Assembly: GCA_002269645.1 (NCBI GenBank)
Contig: NIVC01000019.1
Span: forward strand, 1,178,001-1,242,000
Length of the DNA: 64,000 nt
Direction of reading: 5' to 3'
Source of the DNA: Macrostomum lignano
Taxonomy: Eukaryota
Position numbers and translations under genes: made by a program. Positions 22,892 to 34,160 of the stretch are shown here, in pieces. The notes under the pieces were generated by a model. The model saw only the letters and a list, made by a program, of their open reading frames with translations, made no database searches and was not told the origin of the DNA. Position 1 is the stretch's first letter. Every line of letters begins with the position of its first letter.

Positions 22892-25800
22892 TTACGCCCG
22901 ACCGTCTTCATCGTCCAACTCGCTGCTGTCGCTTGCCGCGCGCAGAAAGTCGTCAACAGACAGAATCTTCTCGCGCGGCTTCCCCAAAGATCGGCCGCTC
23001 CGCTGCTCGGCGGCGTCGATCTGCTCCCAGTCGGCGAAGGTGGTGTAGCGGACGCCTCGAGATCGCAGCTCCTTGACTAGTGCCAGACGGCCGGTTCTGG
23101 ACTCGGTAGGCAGCCGGCCGGAGTTCAAATCCTCTAGCATACGCTGAGCAGTGTGGAAGCTGTCCGACATGGTGCTGAGCAGCACGCCAGATGGTCCGGT
23201 TTTAAGCCAGCCGGCGCAGTAAGCGTTGTCAAGGCCGCTAATTTTGCCGTTGTCATTGGCAACCACGCCAGTTCGACTGTCCATGGGGATTAGCGGGTCC
23301 AGGGCGACGTTCTCGTAGCCGACGCTGACAACAGCGAGGCCGCAGTCAAGGCCGACCAACTCGTCCGTGCCTTCGACTTTGTCCGAGGTGGGCGAATCTG
23401 CTGGCGAATGGCGATTCCGCTTGAGCTGGACGGAGCCGACCCGCTTGGGCGAAGTTGACGATGCGAGGAACTCCAATGGCGACAGAAGGAAATGCAGAGT
23501 CAGCTGGCGCGGCGACTGTGCTGCCACTTCAGGGTTCTCTGCCGATTTTAGCACCTGAAAAATTGGGGAAATTGAAAGGCAGGGCAAGTTGAATGTGTTA
23601 ACTTTCAATGGGAGCTTAAGTCCCTGGGTCGGGGATTCAAGCAACAGACTTTTTGATTCCACATGCACAGGGATAGGGATAGAGGCTAGTGGATGGGAGA
23701 CTATAGGGCTAGTTGAAAAGGGACTATAGGGCTAGTTGAAAAGGGACTATAGGGCTAGTTGAAAGGGTATTTCAGGGCTAGTTGAAAGGGGATTCTAGGG
23801 CTAGTTGAAAGGGGATTCTAGGGCTAGTTGATGTGAGATTCTAGGGCTAGTTGAAGGGAGAGTCTAAAGCTAGTTGATGGGAGATTCTAGGGCTAGTTGA
23901 AGGGAGAGTCTAGGGCTATTTGATGGGAGATTCTAGGGCTAGTTGATGGGAGAGTCTAGGGCTATTTGATGGGAGATTCTAGGGCTAGTTGATGGGAGAG
24001 TCTAGGGCTATTTGATGGGAGATTCTAGGGCTAGTTGATGGGAGAGTCTAGGGCTCGTTGATGTGAGATTCTAGGGCTAGTTGAAGGGAGAGTCTAGGGC
24101 TCGTTGATGTGAGATTCTAGGGCTAGTTGATGGGAGAGTCTAGGGCTAGTTGAAAGGGGATTCTAGGGCTAGTTGATGAAAGATTATAGGGCTAGTTGAA
24201 TGGAGAGTCTAAAGCTAGTTGATGGGAGATTCTAGGGCTAGTTGAAGGGAGAGTCTAGGGCTATTTGATGGGAGATTCTAGGGCTAGTTGATGTGAGATT
24301 CTAGGGGTAGTTGATGGGAGATTCTAGGGCTAGTTGATGGGAGATTCTAGGGCTAGTTGATGGGAAATTTAAGGACAAATTGATGGGATTCTAGGATCCA
24401 TGCTTTCAGAATGTGGACTTTCTATAAAACGAGAGGAAATCCAGGACAACTCTGGAATGATTATAGGAAAAACAAGGAAATGAGAACTATGTTAAGTTAC
24501 CAGTTCAGTAAGCCGGCGCCGCGGTCTTGGAAGCCCAGCTAGCAGCTCCGGCGACAGCTGTGCGGCGGACGGCGCGCCTTCCAGACAAACGCCAACGCCG
24601 TCAAGGCGGGCCAGCTCGCGGAACTCTTTCGTGGTGAACGCCGCCTGCAGGAGGCCTCGTCGGCCAACCAGACGGACTCGGCGAACCTCGGACTCCTCGG
24701 CTAGGCGGCGAAGCACCGCCTCCGGGGCGTCGGTGCGGCGCAGGCGGTCGGGGCTGGACAGCAGGATGCGGGCCACGTCAAGTGCCACGTTGCCATGCCC
24801 GATTATAACTGCTGTCTCGGCTGCCGCCAGGTCAACTTTGAGATTCTCGGCGCCGGGGAATCCGTTGTACCAGTTGACGAAGTCTCTGGTGAAGTACATG
24901 GGAGGCGGGGGACGGCTTGGAATAATGAGGCGAGAGGTGGGAGCGAACTTCACAAGACCGAAACTTCACAAGACCGAAACTTCACAAGATCGAAACTTCA
25001 CAAGACCGAAACTTCACATCGTAGAAAACTTAATATAACAAAGACCATGCAGAATTTTCCGCGTTGTGAAATTTCGGTCTTATAAAGCCCCTAGAGAGTA
25101 CATGTAGCGAACATGTTTTATTGAGTATTTTTTTAGTCTATTTTCCCTGTATTCAGTACAGCACACCAAATAAAAGCTTCGTATAATATAATGCATCGAT
25201 TTGTAAGTTTTTTTCATACGGTATTCCGTGGAGTTCAGCCAAGCAAACATAAATATAAATATACTGGAGCGATCCATAGACTATCATTAACTTCTCTAAT
25301 GCAATTGAAACTACAACCGTAATGCTCAACAATAATATTATCATTAGGAGGGCTTCGGCGCACCTTGGCTCCCCCGTTCCAAAACCAGCGCTGAGGGCAA
25401 TTCTTCTCATAACGCAGACTCCTGAGCACATCCGTGTCTTAATTTATTTGCGGTCTTAATTTATTTGCAGTCTTAATTTATTTGCAGTCTTAATTTATTT
25501 GCAGTCTTAATTTATTTGCACCACGGTGCAGATAAATGCCGCTACCTCCTCGTGGTGAGAGTGGAGAGCCGCGCTTAACTGCTGCGGCGGCCAAATGCGG
25601 CAGGACCAAGCGAGGGCAGCGGAGCGCGCGTCGGCGAGTCGAACGCCGTCGCGAGCGAAACTGGTGAGGTCGGCAACGTGGCGCCGCCCGCCGAGCTGCT
25701 GCTGCGCTGGCCCAATTGGATCTTCCGGGTGGCGCCGGGGACCATGAGGCTCACCAGCACCGAGCCCCAGCCGTACCAGAGGGCACGCTTCGGGTCGGCA

Positions 25801-28800
25801 CGCTGAACTGCCGCACTCTCAAGGCCACATGGCGGAGAGGGCTGCTGGCGAGGCTAGCGCTCGACCTCAGCTGTGATGTCATCGCACTACAGGAGGTGTC
25901 TATCAGAGCCGACCCCGGACTTCACTGTGAGGACCTGGGCGCCGGTTGGACACTCTGGTACACCTCAGCGGATGAGCGAGGCCGTGGAGGAGTTGTAGCG
26001 CTGATCGGACCGAGGCTGCAGCAGAGCTGTCGCTGCGTCTCCCTGTCTTCTCGGCTGCTTCGGGTCGACGTCCGGCTTCACGGCCGGAACGCCCGCCTGT
26101 TCTGCGCGTACGCGCCGCCTGCTACCCGCTCCGATGAGGCTCAGGCCTTCTTCGAGCAACTCTCGGTGCAGGTGGAGGAGATGGCGCAACGTGACACAGT
26201 GGTCATTCTCGGAGACCTGAATGCAGTTCTGCGTAGGTCCGAGCGATCGCTGTTCGTGACAGCGCGCGAGAACGGCAACACCGGAGCGCTAGAGGACTTC
26301 CTGGAGAGACAGGACATGGTGTCGGCCAACACCAGATTCCGCAAGTCACCGGGCAGGCTCGCGACCTTCGTGGGCTGCAAGCGGAGGCGGCGGAACGCGC
26401 GCGGCCGGAACGCTACGCGGAGGCTGGCACAGCTCGACCACGTGCTTGTGCGCTTTCGTGAGCGCCGCCGCGTCACCAACTGCCGCACCATTACGCCGCT
26501 GGCTCTGCGGTCCGACCATCGGCTGCTCATCTGCGACCTTCGGCTTCGGGACCCGCTCTACCGTCCGCCAAAGCGGCCACCGCGGCGGTACTACTGCGCG
26601 CTCAGGGACGCCAAGACGCGACGTCGCTTTGCCGGTGCCTTTGTCACTGCGCTGGGCGACAAGCGTGGAGGAGCCGAGTACGCTGAGGTGAGCGCTGCAG
26701 TTCGAGCCGCTGCGGAGCAAGCAGTCCCGCTGATGCAACCGGCCCAGCGCGGGCAGCCGGTCTGGCAGGACGACCCCGCGATCGACGAAGCGAGGGAAGA
26801 TCTGGAGAGGCTCCGTCTGAGTGGGCGGCAAACTCGCGAGGCGGAGGAGGCTCTGGCGGCTGTCTACCTGCAGCGGCAGCAGTCCGCTGTCGATGACGCC
26901 ATCCAAGCCGTCTCTGCCGCAGGGCCCGATGCCAGAGGGCGCGTGGCCTGGTCCGTCATCAACACTCTGACGGGGCGAAAGCGGCGCATCGCGCTCAACC
27001 TGGCAGGCGACACTCCGGATGAGCGCAGGAACGAGCTGCGCGAGTTCTTCGCCGCCATTGTCAACGCACCGCCCCCTCCGCTTCCAGAAAATCTGAGGCT
27101 GCCGCCGGAGACGCCGTTGCCGGCGGAGGAGAGCTTCAACGTTGCCCCAGTCAGCACAGCCGACGTTGTGAAGTTCGCTCGGCAGTCGCCGGGCGGCAAA
27201 GCGCTTGGTCCGGACGAGGTGCCCACCGAGGCGCTGCGGATCCACTGCGTGGCCACTGAGGTCGCCAGAGTGATGAACCGCGTGCTTTCCGGTGAGGTGG
27301 CGCCAAACGAATGGACCACGGCGCACATCGTCGCCATTCCAAAGAAGCCGGGCACCACCAAGCTCGAGGAGCATCGAGGCATCTGCCTACAGTCCTGCGC
27401 CGCGAAGCTGTTCAACCGCATGCTGCTATCGCGGTTACAGCCTGTGCTGGACCCGTACTTGCGGCCTGAGCAGAACGGATTCCGGCCCTATCGCGGCACA
27501 GTGACGCAGATCCTGGCTCTTCGGCGAGTCATCGAGAAGGTGCGCATCCGCCAGTTGACCCTGATCCTGATCTTCGTCGATTTCAGGAAGGCCTTCGACT
27601 CGGTCGTGAGGGACGCGCTCCCAGAGGTGCTCCGTGCGTACAACGTGCCAGAGCTGCTGATTTCTGCTGTCATGGCGCTGTACCACGGCACGACGGCTGC
27701 TGTCTCAACACCGGACGGCCTATCGGATTTCTTCGAGACATCCTCCGGGGTGCTCCAGGGAGATACGCTAGCGCCGTTCCTATTTATTCTGGTGCTTGAC
27801 TGGGTGCTACGGACTGCTCTGCCTTCCAACGACGACGGCTTCCTGCTGCGGCGACGCGTGGGTCGACGCCAACCGGAGAGACGGCTCAGCGTGCTTGGCT
27901 ACGCCGATGACCTCGCCCTGCTGTCCTCGACCGTCGAGGGCGCCCAACGACAGCTGGATAGGCTGGTTGCCGTTGCGGCGAGCGTCGGCCTGGTGGTCAA
28001 CACGCAGAAGACCGTCGTGCTATGCGTGCCAGACGACGCCGAGGCTGCAATCTTCTGCCGAGGCGCTGACGGACAGGCGAGTGAGCTTCCAAGATGTCAG
28101 CAGTTCGTCTACCTCGGCGGTCTGGTTCCTGACGTCCGCGAGGATCTGCGGCGTCGCCGAGGACTTGCCTGGGCTGCCTTTCGTTCTATAAGGTCAGTCC
28201 TGCAGTCCGAGGCCCTACCGGACCGCCAGAGGGCGGCGCTGTTCCAGGCGGTGATCGAGACCGTCCTGTTATACAACGCCGAGACCTGGACGCTGACAGA
28301 CTCGCTCGAGGCTCAAGTCAACGCGGCGCACGCTGGCCTGCTGCGCGCCGCCTTCAAGATCGGTAACGAGCGAGTCACCAACACGGCGCTCTATCATCGC
28401 GCCGGCCTGGCCCGTCCTAGCGATCTGCTGCGCCGTCGGCGACTCCAGCTGGCAGGCCACGTCATCCGCGCCGAGGCCTACTGCCCGGAGCCGGTGCAGG
28501 AGGTGCTGCTACTTACGTTGCAGGCACCCTACCGGCGGGGACAGGCGAGGACTCGGCGCTACGTCGACTGTCTGCTGGCTGACGCGGGCGCCCCGGACTC
28601 TGCCGTCGGTGCGGCCTTTGTTCGCGCCCAAGCTTCGAAGCGCGCCATCTGACGCTGCTTTTGCGAACTGGCAGCGTACTCGGTTGTTTGTTGTTGTTGA
28701 GCACAAACAAGCGCGCCAATACTGTACGCAGGCACTGCACTCGTACACACGCTCACACAGGATGCATGTACATTCTCTGTGCCTTGGGAGTTGGCCCTTA

Positions 28801-30351
28801 TGGATGTGGCAAAACACACAACACCTTAATATGGCCACGGACAGAATCGCAAAGATGCTGATACACCTGAATGACCAAATTACAAAACGATACCTAGTGA
28901 GTTGACTTTACAGATACTAGGAATAACTAGATGTGCCACTCAGCATATTTGCGTGTAAGCTACTTTCAGTTCAGTAGTAAGTTAAACCGCCCACCCCAAT
29001 TTTTATTGCTTTTCTAGAAATTCCAGCCTGAAGCTGCCATGTACATTTCAGTGGAATGGCTAATGTACATTATTGCTGAACCAATTAGCAAGTTGTTTAC
29101 TCCTGCAAGCTTGGGGCTTCTAAACTTATCAAAGTCATTTCAGCCGCCTTTATTTAAAAAATAGCTTATGTATTTAGATGCATAGATTCTTCTTTGCTAC
29201 TGAACTGAAAGTAGAATGCTGTTTTACCTAAGTATGTATGCCTGAGTGGCCCATCTAGTTATTCTAGTATCTGTGGTTGACTTGAAACTTTAGCGTCACA
29301 AAACTTTAATGAAGTCTCTTCTTGATACTACTTTAGATAGAAATGCAAAGTAGTGACTGACGCCTCACCTAGCGGACAGCACATTGTCCAGGCTATCCTC
29401 GCCGGGAATCCCGAGGCGCTTGGCCCGCGAGGCTCCGTATGCGAGCACCACGGCTGTGTACGCGTCCATCAGGTGCCGCAGGCGGACGTCGGTGCCGACG
29501 CTGACATTGCCGAAGAAGGCTAACCGAGGATCCCGGGCGATCTTGGTAAACCCCGTGATTACGTTTTTAACGTCGGGATGGTCGGGTGCGACGCCGTAGC
29601 GAACGAGGCCGAATGGCACTGGTAGGCGTTCGAGCAGGTCTACCTTGAAATGCGGTTTGGAGAATGGGGCTTGGTGTGGGCATTTTTTACGCATTTCTGG
29701 AACCAAAATCGGGGATCAAGATTATTAGAGTAGGAATCATGATTCTTGCATTTAGATTAGGATTATTGGGGTGGGGATCAGGATTTTTTGGGTTGGGGAT
29801 TAGGATTATTGGGGTGGGATTAGGATTATTGAGGTGGGGATCAGTATTATTGAGATGGTGATTAGGAATATTGGGGCGGGGATCAGGATTATTGAGGTGG
29901 GGATCAGGATTATTGAGATGGGGATCAGGATTATTAGAGTAGGGATCATGATTCTTGTATTTAGATTAGGATTATCAGGATGGGCTGGGGTCCAGGATTA
30001 TTAGATTAGGGAGCAAAATTTTAAGACCTAGATTAAGATTATCAGACTGCATATCAGGATGATCAGACTTTGAGATGATTATTTTTACAATACTAGTAAA
30101 TAAAACAAAAATTGGAATAGAAATAAGAAATGTCTAAAAAACTACCTACAAACAAATCAATAAACCAACAGTCATACCTGCATGCTGGGATGCAGCTTTA
30201 ACAGCTGTTGTGCCACATAGAAAGAGGCTGGACCACTGCCGACAATGGCAACTGTTGGAGGCAATGACGACTTTGCCTGTGCTGCAGAACTGTACAATCT
30301 GCTTCTAGATAAGCAAGATGACAAGAAGAGCTGTCTAGCAAAGGGCCACAT
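22892..30351 (-). CDS. FDXR: NADPH:adrenodoxin oxidoreductase, mitochondrial (ferredoxin reductase); 4 exons, about 498 aa
   Basis: Exons 30351-30178, 29643-29369, 24885-24501 and 23554-22892 join in frame with GT-AG sites (1497 nt). Motifs: mitochondrial-type leader, VAIVGSGPASFY, PFGLVRYGVAPDHP, SARDFVNWYNG, IIGHGNVALDVAR, GWLKTGPSG. The true ATG is 30351; the ORF track starts at a TTG. Confidence 0.95.
23686..24370. repeat. 23-bp minisatellite (CTAGGGCTAGTTGATGGGAGATT), about 29 units, FDXR intron 3
   Basis: Continuous tandem units. Confidence 0.95.
24945..25082. repeat. 16-bp tandem repeat (AAACTTCACAAGACCG, about 4.7 units) with an inverted copy at about 25066-25082
   Basis: Units at 24945, 24961, 24977, 24993 and 25009. 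GTGAAATTTCGGTCTT is the reverse complement of the unit core. Confidence 0.75.
25436..25520 (+). repeat. 17-bp tandem repeat (GTCTTAATTTATTTGCA x5) at the LINE 5' end
   Basis: Five near-perfect units. Confidence 0.9.
25536..28652 (+). CDS. LINE endonuclease-reverse transcriptase; ATG 25536 in frame with the 978-aa ORF but separated by one TGA (25665-25667)
   Basis: APE motifs GTLNCRTL, IALQEV, ILGDLNA, QLDHVLV, SDHRLL. RT motifs EQNGFRP, FVDFRKAFDSV, GVLQGDTLAPFLF, GYADDLALL, FVYLGG. Confidence 0.9.
28698..28830 (+). mobile_element. 3' half of a SINE split by the LINE (5' half at about 25345-25430)
   Basis: GCCAATACTGTACGCAGG...ACACACGCTCACACAGG...CATGTACATTCTCTGTGCCTTGGGAGTTGG matches the copies at 41395-41560 (minus), 38 kb and 49 kb. 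Confidence 0.65.
28909..29275. mobile_element. hAT-like MITE (CACAGA family, 367 bp), FDXR intron 2
   Basis: Same TIRs as 13071-13309, internal sequence in the opposite orientation, exact 8-bp TSD GTTGACTT (28901-28908, 29276-29283). Confidence 0.88.
29710..30060. repeat. About 21-bp minisatellite (GGGGATCAGGATTATTGAGGT), FDXR intron 1
   Basis: Degenerate tandem units. Confidence 0.85.
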
Positions 30352-32857
30352 TTTCAAAGTAGATTTTTAGGCAATTGCTTGCTATATTAAGTTTAGTTGA
30401 TATGTAAGCCATCAAAATTAAGTACAAAAAATTTATTTTAATAATTTGAACATATTAAATGATGATATAGTCCAACATTTAAATACAATAGCTTAAATAT
30501 ATTAACTGTAACTAATTTTAAGACATACTGCATTCTATTTTTAAAAAATTCCTTCAATTTCAATAAACTGGCTTCTATTTTCAGCATCAGCTATGAACAT
30601 ACATCTAAAATGATGCCAAAAATGAAGCCTGTTTGCCAAAATTGAATGTAGTTTTATTGAAATAGAATAGTGATTATAAAAAAGTGTATTAGCTTATGAA
30701 ATTAAATTATTTATGATCAATATTTGATCCACTTCAAAATCATTTCATAGGCCTAATTTGAAATTTTATATAAGCACACTAAGCCTTTCATAGCTTTATA
30801 GTAGTGTAGGCATTCAAATTCAAAATTCATATGGAACATCTATTAAAAGCATTAAAAATATCATCTTTCAAATATTTACCTTTCAAATTGGTACAAATTT
30901 TATATACCAATTTGCCAAATGAACCTAAGTTAATTGGGCCCATAAACTATCCCTATCTATAACTATTATGCCCTATAGTCCCAAGTATGCACCATGCAAA
31001 TGAGAATTTTTTGCTCTGTATGCTGCATATGGGAGGGTTGGATCAAATCCACCCAAGTATGTGTCAATAGACTGGGGGGTTGCGAATTGGGACACTGTGA
31101 TAATAAAGGACCATTTTTGCATTGCAACTATTGTTTTTTTGCGTTTTGAATTTATGTGAGACTATAGATAAACAAAGTTTACAGAAATGCTCTCTGATTT
31201 GCAACCTAAAACATTTATTTGCTTTTTAGTTAAATTAACTATGCCCATTTTTAAATTACATACAATACTTGCTTTAAAAATGACAAGTATCACATTCTAT
31301 TTTAAAATGACTGAAAATGTTCCATATGGCCAATGTTGGGCACCATTAAAAAAATCTTAAATGCAAAAGCATTAGCTTTAAAACAAAAAAACTTAACTTA
31401 TTAACTCTTTAATATTGTTAAGTTAACTGAAAGTTAACTGAACAAAATAATTAGTAAGCATTAATCCATTAAAGTTAACATAGAAAAAACAAATCTTGCA
31501 ATTTTTTCCAAAACAGACTTCTTCATAATGCATTGTCTTTGCTTTTCCATCTTTTTAGCCAAACACTAAGGTCATCTAAGCAATTCACAAGCTAAAAAAG
31601 TAATAAATCATATTTAAAAAACTGGTATGTATAATAATACTACTAAAAGTAAGCATACAGTAAAAGAAGTAACTTATTTATTTGAAACTTATTTGAAAGC
31701 TAATTAGTTAGAGAAGAAATTTTAATTTTAATAAAATATTAATAGGAAGGTTGTTTCAATAGCCCTAGCAGGTGCAGCAGAAAGTTACAAAATATTGGAG
31801 AGAAGTGAATCAAAGCAATTGATGCTCACATGCAAGCAATAAAGTTCACAATTTTAATTCATTATTAAAGTTCATTGAAGTTGTTACATTTGCATGATCG
31901 TTGTCATAAACAAAGAGATTAATTAAGCATTTAGGTAAATTCAAATACATTCATAATGTTGTAACTTCTCTTTAGACTTTAATGCAAATATGTTTATCTG
32001 TTAGTTCAAAAAAATCTTAATGGCAGTCTACTCATAGACTGCCTAGGACCTTGTTGCATGCAAGAATTTTCTTCTAAAAATAGCATCTTCAAGAATAGGC
32101 CTATGCCATTATTCAAATCAGTGAAATAGTCATACAACACAAGCATTTTCTTAAGGGAAGACAGGCATATATATAATATAGATTACTGATGTTCATTATG
32201 GAACAGACCCAAACAAACAACTAAAACACAAGACGCTACGACTGCTGATAACTAAATTTTGTGCTATATTCCAGTTGTCTGAATCTGTTCTCAATTCTAT
32301 ATAGCTGAAATGAATTCTTTTAATATTTTAATTGTTGATCAATACTAGTAACTGTAGGGGAAGAAATACTTTTACATGAATCTTTGTTTGGCTAGTCAAA
32401 CATTAGTCAAGCAAAACTGCAGGCTCTTCAGTGGATGTTCATTTTTCTTTGGAACCTTTGGCAGGACAGATCGAGCGCTGAACTCCACCTGTCTTTTTTG
32501 CCAAGCTGTTTTGTCAGCAGCTTTCTTCAGTGCTCGCTCAATGGCAGCCAGCTCAATCTGCTTTCACTGAGCTTCAAAAATGGAGGCTTGCATAGCCTTA
32601 CACTATATTGATGACATTCATGACACTTAAATTGAGCACAAAATGAAACACAGTACTTAATAAAAAGTTGAAAGGACTAATGTCCACAAAAATTGTAGGA
32701 AACGAGCAAAATGATTAAAAATCCCTGAGCAATAAAAAATTGCAGTGGTGGCAACACTGAAACAGACTTTTAAGGTGGCCTGCACTTGCCCTTTGCAATG
32801 CCCTCCTCAAGCGCTTGTGGCTTTTTGTAAGAGTGCAGCTATGCACAATACCCCACA

Positions 32858-33151
32858 ATGGCAATGGCTAGAGTTCCGGCACCGGAACCCATTTTCTAAT
32901 GGCTACGGATCCGGCAGTGCCATTATAATATAGATGAAACATTATATTTTTCTTTCTACAGGTGGCTGATATTGAGATTTTGTTCTAGATTAAAATTTAA
33001 GACGATATAACAAGATTTGGGACGAGATGCTTCTAATATTCAGACTTCTTAAGATATGTTCTTAGCAGTCTTTATATGCTTCTATACAGCACTGCCGGAT
33101 CCCTAGCTGTTAGAAAACAGGTTTCGGTGCCGGAACTCTAGCCATTACCAT
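32858..33151. mobile_element. Foldback/MITE-like element with about 65-bp inverted termini
   Basis: ATGGCAATGGCTAGAGTTCCGGCACCGGAACC...GGATCCGGCAGTGC is the inverse of GCACTGCCGGATCC...GGTTTCGGTGCCGGAACTCTAGCCATTACCAT. No TSD found. Confidence 0.65.
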
Positions 33152-34015
33152 CCAGGGCAATCCGGCAATCCACAACTGCTACATTCCATCATGCTCTGAT
33201 ACCAGTGCAATTCCCTAATTTCCTAACCTAAATCCTAAGTCTTTTTCCTAATAGTTCCTACAATAGTCCCTAAATGACAGATGATTACCATCCTTATACC
33301 ACTATTGCACTAACTATCTTCCTAGGCCTATTCAAAATTTTCAATGCAATGAGATGAGATCTAGAATTTGCAGAATTCTAGAATTCACATTTAATTAAAT
33401 GCAAATTTTATCTCTTCTCCTGATAATCCAAAATAAAAAAATGCATGTAAACTGCACCCATGATCCATGCAAACCAATTCATGAATTATTCAATTAAATT
33501 AAAGGATACTTAAGCATTAATAAAGAGTAGCCTAAAAGATTTTACTAGCTAGTTATAAAAAGAAAGAAAAAGTATTGAGTAGGCCCTACTGGTAGAACGT
33601 AGAAGAGAGGTGTAAGACCAAGATGGCCACACACCAAGATGGCCACAGCTGAGGTGGGGGTCACAGAAAATGACAGCTGGTTTACTATTGGATAGCTTCG
33701 GTGGAGAGATGTGGGTTTGCAATGGGGGGGGTTTAGACAGGCAGTCAAAATTTTATTAGCATATTGCAGGGCTAAAGACAAAAATGGTTATGAGTCTTAA
33801 TTTCCTACTTATAGTAGGGCTCTAAGAGGCGTAAACGTATTTTGCATTAAACAAATCTCTTCTTCATATAAAATCTGGTGTAGCTTTTTTCCATTTCTTT
33901 TATTGGTCGAGACTGATTTACTTGTTTAAAGGGATAAAAACTGGGTAAATTTCATGCCCTGTTCAAAATTCATCTGTCTCATTCACTGACAGCAGTCTAA
34001 GCACTTAGATACAAA

Positions 34016-34160
34016 ATGGCAGGCGCATATCCATGTGTGGTCTGTGTTCTCAATGCTTGAATTGGCAGCACCGTGCATGTGATAGTCGCGTCACAATCGA
34101 TCAGTATTCTGCAATGAGAAATGTCGGTGAGTTTTTCTGGCTTTGCAATCAATGCAATAG
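34016..34160 (+). pseudogene. Frameshifted, internally deleted PHD-finger remnant, probably from a DNA transposon
   Basis: MAGAYPCVVC in one frame, then LCSQCLNWQHRAC...FWLCNQC in another, giving the C4HC3 PHD pattern with the linker missing. Confidence 0.5.

Larger units (their letters stand above)
13883..23402. repeat. Segmental tandem duplication, copy 2 (9520 bp)
   Basis: Near-identical to 4365-13882. Differences seen: 9379G/18897A, 12451G/21971A and two G-run length changes. Confidence 0.97.
25431..28697 (+). mobile_element. RTE-like non-LTR retrotransposon (3267 bp), antisense in FDXR intron 2
   Basis: Single long APE+RT frame, short (GTT)n-like tail at 28682-28697, candidate 8-bp TSD TGAGCACA (25423-25430, 28698-28705). 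Size and organisation fit the RTE clade; the clade call is inference. Confidence 0.85.

Noticed and set aside
28653-28830. SINE and LINE sharing a 3' tail (partner LINE-SINE pair)
   Set aside because: The SINE-like sequence lies outside the (GTT)n tail and the TGAGCACA TSD, and SINE-like blocks continue 5' of the LINE, so nested insertion explains it better.
25965-28905. Many antisense and overlapping ORFs within the LINE (e.g. 26346-27374, 342 aa)
   Set aside because: Expected shadows of a GC-rich coding sequence, with no motifs.
32380-32600. Minus-strand exon-like frame (KQIELAAIERALKKAADK...)
   Set aside because: Interrupted by a stop with no recognisable domain. Possibly transposon debris but unsupported.
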